Shown piece by piece: positions 18,456 to 28,209 of a stretch of DNA of 32,000 nucleotides (positions are counted from its first letter, which is position 1; each line of letters starts with the position of its first letter). Source of the stretch: Candidatus Nitrosopumilus koreensis AR1 (GTDB lineage Archaea; Thermoproteota; Nitrososphaeria; Nitrososphaerales; Nitrosopumilaceae); assembly GCF_000299365.1 (NCBI RefSeq), contig NC_018655.1, positions 990,001 through 1,022,000 of the forward strand, in the 5' to 3' direction. Under the pieces are notes generated by a model. The model saw nothing but the letters and a program-made list of their open reading frames with translations. It was not told the origin of the DNA and ran no database searches. A program made the translations under genes and the position numbers.

Positions 18456-19346
18456 TTACAATACAGTCCTAAGACTCTTACATCTGTTTCTTATTGTCAC
18501 TTCAGTGATACCTGCAGCATCAGCAATATCTTTTTGAGTTCTGTTTTCTTCCAGATCAGCACTTGCAAGATACAGTGCTGATGCAGCTAGTCCCATAGGA
18601 TGTTTACCTGCAAGTTCATTTTGTTTTTCAGCTTTTTTCAAAATTTTCATAGCATTTCTTTTTGTTTTTTCTGATAAATCAGCATTACTTGCAATCTTTG
18701 CAATACACGAAACAGAATCGACTACAGGCATTTTTAATTCCAATTCTTTGAAAATCAATCTATAACTTGCAGTGAGTTCTTTCTTTTTTATCCCCATCGA
18801 TGTTGCAACTTCTTGCAATGTACGAGGTGTCTCAGATTCACGACATGCAGCATAGAGTGCAGCAGACACTAGTGCAGCAATAGAACGTCCACGAACAAGT
18901 TTTTTTTCTAAAGATTTTCTGTAGATATACGATGCTTTTTCTATAACTGCATCAGGTAAAGACAATTTTTCTTTTAATTTCAATAGTTCAGATAGTGCTT
19001 GCTGAAGATTTCGATCATCATTATTTTTTACACGACTTCTACTATCCCATTTTCGGAGTCGTTTCAGAGAGGATTTCATTGATACAGATAATGGATTTCC
19101 AGAAGAATCTTTATCAAAAGGATTAATCATGGTACTAAGACCACGATCATGTCGTGCTAAAGTTGTTTTATCGCCAGAATGGGATTTGTTTGTAGTAGAA
19201 TTTGTAAATGTTCTTCCAGGTCCACTATCATGTACTTTTTCATCTAACACCATTCCGCATTTTGAACAAAAAACTTCTTGAGATTCAACATCAGTAACAA
19301 CAGCATTCTTTCCACATCGAGGACATTTTGTTTCTTGTAAACTCAT
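18456..19346 (-). CDS. tfb: Transcription initiation factor TFB, full length
   Basis: Zinc ribbon CPRCGKNAVVTDVESQEVFCSKCGMVLDE plus two cyclin repeats. Confidence 0.96.
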   Translation of the reverse strand: MSLQETKCPRCGKNAVVTDVESQEVFCSKCGMVLDEKVHDSGPGRTFTNSTTNKSHSGDKTTLARHDRGLSTMINPFDKDSSGNPLSVSMKSSLKRLRKWDSRSRVKNNDDRNLQQALSELLKLKEKLSLPDAVIEKASYIYRKSLEKKLVRGRSIAALVSAALYAACRESETPRTLQEVATSMGIKKKELTASYRLIFKELELKMPVVDSVSCIAKIASNADLSEKTKRNAMKILKKAEKQNELAGKHPMGLAASALYLASADLEENRTQKDIADAAGITEVTIRNRCKSLRTVL

Positions 19347-19369
19347 AGCAATATCAAAAATATTTTGTG

Positions 19370-20329
19370 CTAGATTTCAGTATGTTTCCTTGATTTTTCA
19401 GAAATCGAAACAATACTAGTCTCGAGTTTTTTAGGACTTGCAATGTAAAAATCTGCATAAAAATGACCATCATCTTCAAGCCACTTTGTGTCTATTCCCA
19501 TACTATGCAAAAGAGACAGAGTTTTGTGTTTTTCTTCCGAGTCTGAGAACATTCTCTGTTGGATTGGTTTTATGTCGCTTTTTACAAGAGAGTACCCAAA
19601 ATGATCAAAAGTTTTCTCAATTTTTTCCATATCAAACATCCTTAAAACAGAGAATGCAAAAATAGGTCCTTTTTCCAGAATGTCTAAGTCAGATCCAGAT
19701 TGCTGTCGCTTAATTAACTCAAAGAGATTGGAAAATGCCTTGTATCCAATATAACCAATACAGCCAGTTGCAATTATCATATCAGCACTAGGTATTTCTT
19801 TTATTGGCAGATCCCCAGATTCCAGATTGACACATATTCCTTTTTTGCAAAGTCCAGTATTTTCAGAGAATTTTAGTGCAGGTTCAGATATGTCTATTTG
19901 ATAAAAATCAAACATGTCGTCAGTTGAAAGATTTTCAAAAAAATGTTTTGATTGTTCGGTTGAAGGCTCCTGTTTTAAAAAAAAGTCATCTAACTCAGAC
20001 ATTTTTAGATCATATTTCATCAATGCAGAATTGATTCCATAAGAGCTTCCAATATCTAAAATGTTAATTTTTTTTGAAAGTTTTTTGAAAAGTTGTTTAG
20101 CAATAGAGAGATACAATGGCTTAGTTTTATCAGGAATTCTATAGTCTAATCTCTTCATTTCTTTAAGGTATGAATTTGGAAGTTTTTGTGTGTAAATGTT
20201 TGTAAAATCTTTTTTTACAGCCAGTTCTTCCATGTGGCAAATTGTTATCATAGCACCCGTTATAAAACCATCGATGAAATTGTTGGTTATTGTAATAAAA
20301 TAACACATTTTAAATGAATTTAGTAACAT
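19370..20329 (-). CDS. SAM-dependent methyltransferase-like protein; true start probably ATG at 20233 (MEELAVKKDF...)
   Basis: INILDIGSSYGINSALMKYDL motif I-like, DMIIATGCIGYIG. The N-terminal 32 residues of the track ORF look like translated upstream sequence. Confidence 0.6.
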   Translation of the reverse strand: MLLNSFKMCYFITITNNFIDGFITGAMITICHMEELAVKKDFTNIYTQKLPNSYLKEMKRLDYRIPDKTKPLYLSIAKQLFKKLSKKINILDIGSSYGINSALMKYDLKMSELDDFFLKQEPSTEQSKHFFENLSTDDMFDFYQIDISEPALKFSENTGLCKKGICVNLESGDLPIKEIPSADMIIATGCIGYIGYKAFSNLFELIKRQQSGSDLDILEKGPIFAFSVLRMFDMEKIEKTFDHFGYSLVKSDIKPIQQRMFSDSEEKHKTLSLLHSMGIDTKWLEDDGHFYADFYIASPKKLETSIVSISEKSRKHTEI

Positions 20330-20436
20330 GGGTTAGTGCAGATGAAGTTGATACAATCTACGTTACGCTCACTGCAACTAATCCCATGGTATTATCAAAA
20401 ATACTATAAATGATAATCGTATAACAAATGTTAATG

Positions 20437-20589
20437 ATGAGTGAACCACCAAAATCATCATCAGGGGACGAAATTTGCCCAATGTGCAAACGTAAAAAAA
20501 GTAATCATACAAACGAAGAGATGCTTGCATGTTCTAGAAAATTACAAGAATTTAACAAAGAGAACACAGGCGGTGCAGGCATAGAATAA
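20437..20589 (+). CDS. Putative small zinc-finger-like protein, 50 aa (not in track)
   Basis: MSEPPKSSSGDEICPMCKRKKSNHTNEEMLACSRKLQEFNKENTGGAGIE*; CxxC plus downstream H and C. Confidence 0.55.
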   Translation: MSEPPKSSSGDEICPMCKRKKSNHTNEEMLACSRKLQEFNKENTGGAGIE

Positions 20590-20663
20590 TTTTAAAAAAA
20601 TTTAGCTTGAAACAAATTTTTTTGTCAACAATCTATTTCAAACAATAAATTTACAAAAATACA

Positions 20664-20855
20664 ATGACTCAAATAGAATATGACAAAGAGAAATTACAAA
20701 ATTATGAAAATCTACAAAAAGAGTATAAGATACTTTTAGAAGAATATGAAGACATTAAATCAAAAGATTCCAAAGATCCCAGCCTGGAAGAAAAAATCAA
20801 AGAGTTAGTAAAAAAACAAAAAGAGATTCAAGATCTTTCTTCAGAACTATCATAA
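20664..20855 (+). CDS. Short coiled-coil protein, 63 aa
   Basis: DKEKLQNYENLQKEYKILLEEYEDIKSK...LEEKIKELVKKQKEIQDLSSEL heptad-rich. Confidence 0.55.
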   Translation: MTQIEYDKEKLQNYENLQKEYKILLEEYEDIKSKDSKDPSLEEKIKELVKKQKEIQDLSSELS

Positions 20856-20976
20856 TAATACAATAGGAATAAAACCATAGTTTTCGTACTCATTTTGTGT
20901 AGAATTTCACAAAATGGCAGCATAGTAAATCAGATAATTAAATTATAGAAAAATAAGTGTGAGAAGAGCTTTTTAG

Positions 20977-21349
20977 TTACTTGGTTGAAGTTGCTCTTTT
21001 TAGGGCTTTTTGATAAACGGCCTTCTTTTTGCGTGCAGATTTTTCTGCAGTTCGCAATGTTTTTTTCAGGCTTTTGATCTTGTTGTTTGCTTTTTGCATG
21101 TCCCGTTTTCTTTTGTTTGCAACTTGTTGTGCACGTCTTTTTGCTTTACTTACAGCACTTTTTTGCTTTTCTTACAGTACGTTTTGCTTTTCTAGTTGCT
21201 TTTCTAGCTGTCTTTCTAGCTGTCTTTCTAGCTGTCTTTCTAGCTGTCTTTCTAGCTGTCTTTCTAGCTGTCTTTCTAGCTGTCTTTCTAGCTGGTTTAC
21301 GGGCTGTTTTTCTTGTTGTTTTACGTCTAGCCGTACGTTTTGCTGCCAT
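20977..21349 (-). CDS. Histone H1-like KTAR-repeat basic protein; the track ORF (21146..21349) appears frame-interrupted, with the full product about 123 aa
   Basis: MAAKRTARRKTTRKTARKPAR(KTAR)7KATRKAKRTVRKAK. In the next frame, open to TAA at 20979..20977: AVSKAKRRAQQVANKRKRDMQKANNKIKSLKKTLRTAEKSARKKKAVYQKALKRATSTK*. Confidence 0.7.
21206..21289 (-). repeat. 12-bp tandem repeat, seven units, encoding KTAR
   Basis: agctgtctttct repeated seven times in register; flanking degenerate units. Confidence 0.92.
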
Positions 21350-21522
21350 GTTAAAATTTTAAATCGGTAAAGTAAATAACCCAAACATCAGGAATTTTTT
21401 AGGATAACTCAACTTTTTTAAATGAATTTTATTTTGAGATAAAAAATTTGTTGAAAGAATTAGAGTTAAAATTATTTTTAATATACCAACGATTACATTA
21501 ACAGGATATTTCTGAAGAAGGT

Positions 21523-22335
21523 GTGGTGAGAAGGTACAAACCAACAATCTCATACCGGTTAAAAGAGATCCCAATTAAACAGATCAGAGTATGGAAAGAA
21601 GCTCAGGCACGAAAGCTTGACAGAGAAAACATTTCAGAATTAGCAAAATCAATTAAAAATGAAGGATTGTTAAATCCACCATTAGTTCAAAAAGAAAACA
21701 AAAACACATTCTTGTTAATGTCAGGACAAAGAAGACTGGCTGCAATGAAGAGGTTAGGAGCAAAGAAAATTCCAGTTCACGTACTAACAAAACAAACATC
21801 GTACGATCTAGATAATGCAAAAGCTGCCTCAGTGGTTGAAAACATCCACAGAAAAGACATGAATCACAAAGAAATTGCAGATTCTTGTAAGTTTCTTACA
21901 GAACATGTGGGCAAATCTGCCGCTGCAAAATCCATGGGAATGTCAAGAATCACACTAAACAAATACTTAGGATTTGCAGGAGTTCCAGACAAATTAAAAG
22001 CACTTGTACCTCACCTAATTTCTCGAGATGAAATGACAAAACTCTACATGGCAATTCCAAATATCAAAAATGCAGAAAGGATTGCAGAACGTATTTCAAA
22101 ACTAGAAACAGGTTTGCGAAGAAGATACATTCAGGCATTATCAAAATCACCCAAATCAACACATCAAAAATTGTTAAAACGGGCAAAAAATATGCGAATC
22201 AAGCAGAAATTATCAATTAAACTATCCAAGACAAATGCAAGAAAGCTTGCAAGCCAATCAAACAAAAAAGAACTCTCACCAGATGAATTTGCAGAAAAAA
22301 TAATTTCAGATTATCTCAAGCGTAAAAGAAGATAG
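21523..22335 (+). CDS. ParB/Spo0J-like partition/nucleoid protein, 270 aa
   Basis: IPIKQIRVWKEAQARKLDRENISELAKSIKNEGLLNPPLVQ...LMSGQRRLAAMKRLG ParB N-terminal domain; VVENIHRKDMNHKEIA; HTH AAAKSMGMSRITLNKYLGF. Confidence 0.88.
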   Translation: MVRRYKPTISYRLKEIPIKQIRVWKEAQARKLDRENISELAKSIKNEGLLNPPLVQKENKNTFLLMSGQRRLAAMKRLGAKKIPVHVLTKQTSYDLDNAKAASVVENIHRKDMNHKEIADSCKFLTEHVGKSAAAKSMGMSRITLNKYLGFAGVPDKLKALVPHLISRDEMTKLYMAIPNIKNAERIAERISKLETGLRRRYIQALSKSPKSTHQKLLKRAKNMRIKQKLSIKLSKTNARKLASQSNKKELSPDEFAEKIISDYLKRKRR

Positions 22336-22411
22336 AATTAATTAAAAAATAGATTTTCTATATTGCAAATTAGATACATAGTTTTAGTATAAGAAATTAA
22401 AATCACAAGTA

Positions 22412-23620
22412 ATGGTACCAGAGTTTGACGTAATCCCCATAATTATAGGGATTTTGTTTTTAGTTTTTCCTGCTTTGCTTTTGGGCAAACTGTGTTCTCA
22501 TTTTAAAATCTCAGAAGTCATCGGATTTGTATTTGCTGGAATTATTTTGGGCCCTACTGCCCTTGGAGGATTAATTCCAATTTTTGGTAAACCCATTGTG
22601 GAACTAAACGATGTAATGTTGGCATTATGGCAAATTTCTGGAATAATTATTTTGTTTTCTGCAGGTCTGCATTTTACATTCCATGATCTAATCAAGGCAG
22701 GTCCAAAAGCTGCGATAATTGGAGTGTTTGGAGTTATCACACCATTAGTTATAGGATATTTTGCTGTAGTATGGATGGGCTTTGATTGGACGGTTGCAGT
22801 ACTTATCGGTGCAACACTTAGTGCAACAAGTATAGCAGTGTCAGTATCAATTTTAGAAGAAATAGGAAAAGAGAGAACAGAAGAAGGAAATGTTTTGGTA
22901 AATGCTGCGGTGTTAGATGATGTATTAGGACTGGCAATTCTTTCAGCAGCAATCACATTAGTTGCATCAAAAACAATTCCAACAATAGAATCAGTAGTCA
23001 TCACAACAATCACAGATATAGGATTGTGGTTTTTGATACTACTTGGAGCAGTTTATCTTTTACCAAAAATTGTTCAGGTGGTATCTAAAACACACCCATC
23101 AACATTAGAAGCTAGAGGAATCAGACATGGTGTCGCATTAGGATCAGCATTTGGTTTGGCTGCAATTTCATCAAGTGTTGGATTGAATCCTATTGTGGGT
23201 GCTTTTGCGGCAGGTATGGGACTTGCAGGATCAAAACTAGCAATTCAAGTTAAAGAATTTGTTGGTAGATTGAAAGTAATTGTAGCCCCTTTGTTTTTTG
23301 CAATTATTGGAGCTCATGTAGACATTACACAAATCTCATCAATTAACTGGGTGTTATTTGCAGTAATTTTGGGTGCGGCAGTTTTTTCAAAGGTTTTTGG
23401 CTGCGGGATACCAGCGACAATTTTGTTGAAAAGCAAACAAAAGGGTTTTCGAATAGGTTATGGCATGATATCCAGAGGAGAAGTATCTTTTATCATAGCA
23501 GGAATAGGATTATCATTTGAAATGTTTTCAGAAGAGGTTTACTCTACAATCATCTTTGCCATTTTGGCAACAATTTTCATTGCACCTATTTTACTGAGGA
23601 AATCATTTAATTCAGATTAA
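22412..23620 (+). CDS. CPA2/Kef-type cation:proton antiporter, 402 aa
   Basis: Multiple TM helices; GLHFTFHDLIKAG, GATLSATSIAVSVSILEE, NAAVLDDVLGLAILS, GRGEVSFIIAG-like (SRGEVSFIIAGIGL). Confidence 0.92.
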   Translation: MVPEFDVIPIIIGILFLVFPALLLGKLCSHFKISEVIGFVFAGIILGPTALGGLIPIFGKPIVELNDVMLALWQISGIIILFSAGLHFTFHDLIKAGPKAAIIGVFGVITPLVIGYFAVVWMGFDWTVAVLIGATLSATSIAVSVSILEEIGKERTEEGNVLVNAAVLDDVLGLAILSAAITLVASKTIPTIESVVITTITDIGLWFLILLGAVYLLPKIVQVVSKTHPSTLEARGIRHGVALGSAFGLAAISSSVGLNPIVGAFAAGMGLAGSKLAIQVKEFVGRLKVIVAPLFFAIIGAHVDITQISSINWVLFAVILGAAVFSKVFGCGIPATILLKSKQKGFRIGYGMISRGEVSFIIAGIGLSFEMFSEEVYSTIIFAILATIFIAPILLRKSFNSD

Positions 23621-23747
23621 AATTAAAATAATCATAACATACGATCATTTCACATCATAATTACATAAAATTAGAATTAGTAGTCCAGACTAATTAGCTG
23701 GCTCTAATTTTAGAACTGTTTTTAAATTAATTTCAAGACAATATACC

Positions 23748-23936
23748 ATGCAAAAACAATCGTGCAAAATTTGTGATTCAAAGTTAGAAATTGAACATAG
23801 ATGTAAATTCTGCAACGAACCAACAAGATTATTCTGTCACACTTGTGGAGTTATGGCTGAAAAATCTATGCATCCAGCATGCATGGTAATAGACATGAAT
23901 AACATGGTTCTAGAAGCACAAACATGCAGCAACTAA
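23748..23936 (+). CDS. Small cysteine-rich zinc-binding protein, 62 aa
   Basis: CKICDSKLEIEHRCKFCNEPTRLFCHTCGVMAEKSMHPACM. Confidence 0.65.
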   Translation: MQKQSCKICDSKLEIEHRCKFCNEPTRLFCHTCGVMAEKSMHPACMVIDMNNMVLEAQTCSN

Positions 23937-23958
23937 CTTTTTTATTTTTGTTCCAATT

Positions 23959-24387
23959 TTACTTAGACTTGTTTTTTCTGGGTTTTGCGTGAAAAATATT
24001 TCCTTTGTATTTTTTAATCGGTCCACGTAGTCTACCAAGAATGTCTCTGATTTTAGATTCTTTTGATTTTAATTTACCATCCTCAACAAAGGCATCATCT
24101 TTATGAATTAACCAAGAATGAGTTGCCCAACTTCCACTAGAACGTTTTCCAGCAATTCTTTGTGTATGGCCCTCTCTTCCCACATCATGTGTGCGGAATA
24201 AATCAAATTCAGATTTTGGTCTGATTATTACTCTATAGTAATCACCATTATTCCCCATTCCTGGTTTTTTTCTAGAAACACCGTCAGTCTGTCTGGTTTT
24301 TCTTTGACGATGGGACATGTTTTTCCAAGCAGTCTGCGCTTTTTTGATATTTTGTCGGGCAGCCTGAATTTGTTTTAGAGTAGCCAT
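23959..24387 (-). CDS. Conserved-looking basic hypothetical protein, 142 aa
   Basis: MATLKQIQAARQNIKKAQTAWKNMSHRQRKTRQTDGVSRKKPGMGNNGDYYRVIIRPKSEFDLFRTHDVGREGHTQRIAGKR; upstream TAAGCT. Confidence 0.7.
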   Translation of the reverse strand: MATLKQIQAARQNIKKAQTAWKNMSHRQRKTRQTDGVSRKKPGMGNNGDYYRVIIRPKSEFDLFRTHDVGREGHTQRIAGKRSSGSWATHSWLIHKDDAFVEDGKLKSKESKIRDILGRLRGPIKKYKGNIFHAKPRKNKSK

Positions 24388-24512
24388 TGGCCAACATAGG
24401 GAAGCATATCATAATAGATTCTATAAACAACAAAGCTTAGAATCAACTACAATGTCTAAATGATATAATCAAGCTTATGAGGCATTATACCAATTAATGG
24501 TCAATAAACAAC

Positions 24513-25076
24513 ATGAATGACTCAACAACCAAAACATGTCTATTTGTGTTGATTGCAACCATAGTTTCTACTATGACATATGGGTATGCAATGGCAGCAG
24601 AAATTACATTGAGTACTGATGAAACAGTGTTTGAGCAAACTTCAAGGATATTTTTGACAGGAACAGTTGATCCACAAAATCAATTCTACGAACCAGTAGA
24701 ACTTGTGATTTATGACAAAGACGACACTCCCATCATGTATTCTCAAAGCAAAATTGACTACAACAATGAGTTTTCTGCCCTAATAACAGGTCCTCTAGGA
24801 TCTTTTGAATTGGGAGAGTACAAGATTGTAGCAAATCATCCTGCAGCATCAAATTCTGCAAGCATAGTAATTGACATAAACAGACCCATAGAACAAAACA
24901 AACTAGTGTTTGGAATGGCACCCTTAGAACAGATGAATGTAGGCATTACGCCAACAAATGTTGTATGTGATGAACAATATGTCTTGATGTATAACGAGTA
25001 CAGAGGGTCCCCAGCATGTGTGACACCTTCAACTGCAGTTGTTTTGGAAGATAGAGAATGGGGAATCATTCTTTAA
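24513..25076 (+). CDS. Secreted protein with Ig-like/MG2-like beta domain, 187 aa
   Basis: Signal peptide FVLIATIVSTMTYGYAMAA; FLTGTVDPQNQFYEPVELVIYDKDDTPI...GPLGSFELGEYKIVA. Confidence 0.75.
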   Translation: MNDSTTKTCLFVLIATIVSTMTYGYAMAAEITLSTDETVFEQTSRIFLTGTVDPQNQFYEPVELVIYDKDDTPIMYSQSKIDYNNEFSALITGPLGSFELGEYKIVANHPAASNSASIVIDINRPIEQNKLVFGMAPLEQMNVGITPTNVVCDEQYVLMYNEYRGSPACVTPSTAVVLEDREWGIIL

Positions 25077-25132
25077 TTCTTAATTTTTTAGATATAGAAA
25101 ATAAATTTCAAGATTATTTTTGAAGGTATTTC

Positions 25133-25252
25133 TTAATTATTTACAAATTTTTCCATTTCTTTTTTGATTTTCTTCTTATCCACCTTTTTGTCTTCTAAGG
25201 TTTTTTTCATGATATTTTTCAAATTTTGTATATCTTGATAGCTTTTACTCAT
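25133..25252 (-). CDS. Putative very small charged protein, 39 aa (not in track)
   Basis: MSKSYQDIQNLKNIMKKTLEDKKVDKKKIKKEMEKFVNN*. Confidence 0.25.
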   Translation of the reverse strand: MSKSYQDIQNLKNIMKKTLEDKKVDKKKIKKEMEKFVNN

Positions 25253-25358
25253 ATGCTCAATGAGGAATTAGACAAAAATAACAGTTCATAAGCTGATATA
25301 ATTATAATAAACTTTTAAGCTTAAGATCATCTATTTATTGTCACGCTCATTATACAAT

Positions 25359-25772
25359 ATGCAAACAAACCAAACCACATCATGGAAGGAATTACAAGAT
25401 CAATTCCAGGACAGATTAAAAAAATTTGATGAGAATCTCACTACAATGCAGTTTTACGCAGAAGATCTTCAAAAGATTTACAGACACATAATGGAGAAAT
25501 CAAAAGACGATTCACCCGAAATAAGAAACAAATTCATAGATTTATGGCTAGACAAAATTGATGTAAAAAATGATGGCTCCCTTTTAGCAATTAAGGACGA
25601 TTATGAGACTTTTCTAAATGGGCCAAAGCCAGCATCTGCAGATTTTAAAAATTTTGAGGCATCTCTAGAACACAAATTGTATCAAAAATCAATAAGTTCT
25701 CTGGAAGCGTATCATTTGTTCATGAATGAGTTCTTTAACGCCTGGAAAAAGATGTGGAAAAACAAATCATAA
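25359..25772 (+). CDS. Helical hypothetical protein; track start TTG 25338, ATG 25359 preferred
   Basis: MQTNQTTSWKELQDQFQDRLKKFDENLTTMQFYAEDLQKIYRHIMEKS; TTAAGCTTAA at 25315..25324 is too close to the TTG. Confidence 0.6.
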   Translation: MQTNQTTSWKELQDQFQDRLKKFDENLTTMQFYAEDLQKIYRHIMEKSKDDSPEIRNKFIDLWLDKIDVKNDGSLLAIKDDYETFLNGPKPASADFKNFEASLEHKLYQKSISSLEAYHLFMNEFFNAWKKMWKNKS

Positions 25773-25920
25773 TTAAACAACATTACTAAAACACATTTTT
25801 CATTGCAATAGAACAAAATACACAAAAATTTTCAGAAAAAAATGGGCATATAAGCTGATGTGATTTTTTTAAGCTAAATACATTATGAGGTTTTATCTTT
25901 TATGCAGAGTAATTAATATC

Positions 25921-26148
25921 ATGAATACAAACAACATTTGCCTGACAATTGCCGTTATTGCCATAGCGGGAATTTTAACAGGTACAACTCCAATTGCAAA
26001 TGCATGGTTATACAACATATATTCTGACAAACCGTTAGAGGTCACCACAGATACAATGCCATTTATCAAAGAATATGTAGACAATCTAGAAGAATATGTT
26101 GAAGAGCATGACATGGAATCCGTAGTATCTAATGACTTTATAGTATAG
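25921..26148 (+). CDS. Small secreted protein; track start 25885, ATG 25921 preferred
   Basis: Signal peptide MNTNNICLTIAVIAIAGILTGTTPIANA; two TAAGCT elements upstream. Confidence 0.55.
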   Translation: MNTNNICLTIAVIAIAGILTGTTPIANAWLYNIYSDKPLEVTTDTMPFIKEYVDNLEEYVEEHDMESVVSNDFIV

Positions 26149-26384
26149 GAATCAGAGATCCTGTTTTTCATAATTGATACTACAATCTTGGTTTTTATTT
26201 GTTAAACATTTCTTGAATTCAACATCAAGACTATCTTGTATGTAATTATAATTTAAACAAATATTGCTCAGACATAAGCTTAAAAAATTAATTTAAAAAG
26301 ATTAGCTTATTGGAAAATAAATATTAAAATTCCATACAGCAGTGTAATGCAGAATAATTTTGTTGTTAGTTTATAGGAAATAAC

Positions 26385-28079
26385 ATGGTTGAAGAAGTGA
26401 TTGGAGAATTCAACTCTGTTTTTGATGCGTTAATTTCCAACATATCACTCCAATTTGCATTTTTGATATTAGGCATAGGAATTGTCATCATTGTTTTAGC
26501 CTATAGAAAATTTTCAAACTGGATATTAACAAGAAAATTCAGTTATACAAGACCGCATTTATCAAATTTTTTAAGAACTGCACTTTTACCGATTTTTGCA
26601 TTTATTCTAATTACATCTGTGAATGAATATGTTCAGATCATAGATATTTTTCCAGGAGTTCAACTAAATGAAAAAGAACTTCAACAAATATTTGTGAAAA
26701 TTTTAAACAGTATGAACTTAGCTGTTATAGGTTATACAGTAGCACATCTAATTCCAATAATTCTAAGAAAACACAACACTTCCAATGAAGAATGGAAAGA
26801 TTTCATTAAATGGCGAGACAAGAGAGGGTTTGAAGATGACGAAGATGATCTTTTCCATAAAATATACAAATGGAAGCCCCCAGAAGACCCTCCAGAAGAT
26901 TTAGACAAAGCAGAGTTTGAAAAACTTCTAAGTACAAAAGAAGGACGAAAAACGCTTGAAAATTATAGAACAAGCGAAGAGTTTGAAATAGGAGTTCTAA
27001 TCCCTTTAGTAAAAAACCCCTTTGAAACATGGAAAGAATCTGAAAGAAAGAAGTATGAAAAATATTATGAAAAATGTGTAAATGGGAACAATAACGCAGG
27101 TCACAAACTCCGTCCAGGCATAGAACCTGCAGAGATTTTTTCAATTGCCCAATGGAGACAGGAAAAAAGGTTGAATTACTATACACATGTCAAAGCAGGA
27201 GCAAAACCTTCAGGATATGCTGAAAAACAAAAGGAGTTAATGCCAAAATCATTAACATCATTTATTCCGCCACTAATTTTTTCAGGGTTTTTGATTAGTA
27301 TTCTAGTATGGTGGAACGTAGATCTGTTTGTTTTAGCAACAGCTCTGGCAGGATTAGGTGTAGGTATTGGATTTGCATTAAAAGAAACTTTAGAAAATCT
27401 GTTTGCATATCTTATGATTCGAAAAGACAAGGTGTTCATGGAAGGAGATCGTGTTTTAATTGATAATTATAATGGATATGTTCACAAAATCACAACAAGG
27501 ATCACTTACATAAGACACGCATTAAACGAATCAATTGCAATTTTCCCCACTAGACAGATGGTAGGTTCAAAAGTAATCAATTATTCAAAAAATAATGATT
27601 TTGTTCCTGCACAAATAAGAATAGGGACATCTTACCTGAATGATCCACAACAAGTTTGTTCAATACTAGTTAAAGTTGGAAAAAGGGCGATGAAAGAGGT
27701 CACAGATGACAATGGATTGCATCTTGCAGTACAAGAAAGATGTCCATATCTTGATCAGAATAAACCTAGTTGTGGATGTGATAAAGGAATAACAGACATG
27801 GAACAACCATGGGTTCTCTTTGACGAATTTGCGGATTCAGCTTTAATATTTCAGATGTGGATTTATGTTCGAAATTATGGTTCACAGTTCAAAATGAAGA
27901 GCAATCTCAGATTGATGGTGTACCAAGAATTTAAAAAACATGATATTCGAATTCCATGGCCTATACGCACAATTTATTCAGGGGATCAAGTCAAAGAAGA
28001 AAAAGAGATAGAAAAACTAGAAAAAGACAGACAGAAAACATATGACGAGTACGGTCCAGGTAAAATGAACGAATTTTAG
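26385..28079 (+). CDS. Large MscS-family mechanosensitive channel, 564 aa, with a long charged insertion
   Basis: TM helices; DLFVLATALAGLGVGIGFALKETLENLFAYLMIRKDKVFMEGDRVLIDNYNGYVHKITTRITYIRHA. Confidence 0.9.
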   Translation: MVEEVIGEFNSVFDALISNISLQFAFLILGIGIVIIVLAYRKFSNWILTRKFSYTRPHLSNFLRTALLPIFAFILITSVNEYVQIIDIFPGVQLNEKELQQIFVKILNSMNLAVIGYTVAHLIPIILRKHNTSNEEWKDFIKWRDKRGFEDDEDDLFHKIYKWKPPEDPPEDLDKAEFEKLLSTKEGRKTLENYRTSEEFEIGVLIPLVKNPFETWKESERKKYEKYYEKCVNGNNNAGHKLRPGIEPAEIFSIAQWRQEKRLNYYTHVKAGAKPSGYAEKQKELMPKSLTSFIPPLIFSGFLISILVWWNVDLFVLATALAGLGVGIGFALKETLENLFAYLMIRKDKVFMEGDRVLIDNYNGYVHKITTRITYIRHALNESIAIFPTRQMVGSKVINYSKNNDFVPAQIRIGTSYLNDPQQVCSILVKVGKRAMKEVTDDNGLHLAVQERCPYLDQNKPSCGCDKGITDMEQPWVLFDEFADSALIFQMWIYVRNYGSQFKMKSNLRLMVYQEFKKHDIRIPWPIRTIYSGDQVKEEKEIEKLEKDRQKTYDEYGPGKMNEF

Positions 28080-28209
28080 CAACAATGAGAGATTACGGAC
28101 ACGCGGTAATCGGAGTTTTCAATTCTAAATTTGAAATTAAGCTATGAAAGTGAAAATCATGTCAAACTAATACAGATTGTTTTATCCAATTTTTGTATAA
28201 ATTAAAAAG

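Noticed and set aside
21206-21289. Short regular repeats resembling a repeat array such as CRISPR
   Set aside because: Units are only 12 bp, contiguous without spacers, and in frame with a KTAR-repeat protein.
20977-21384. Plus-strand and alternate-frame ORFs over the KTAR region (21029..21370, 21087..21362, 21172..21384)
   Set aside because: Repeats keep all frames open. These give Ser/Cys/Leu- or Glu/Gln-rich low-complexity translations, while the KTAR frame gives a coherent basic protein.
26806-27439. Antisense ORFs inside the large mscS gene
   Set aside because: Complement of a well-supported coding region, low-complexity composition.
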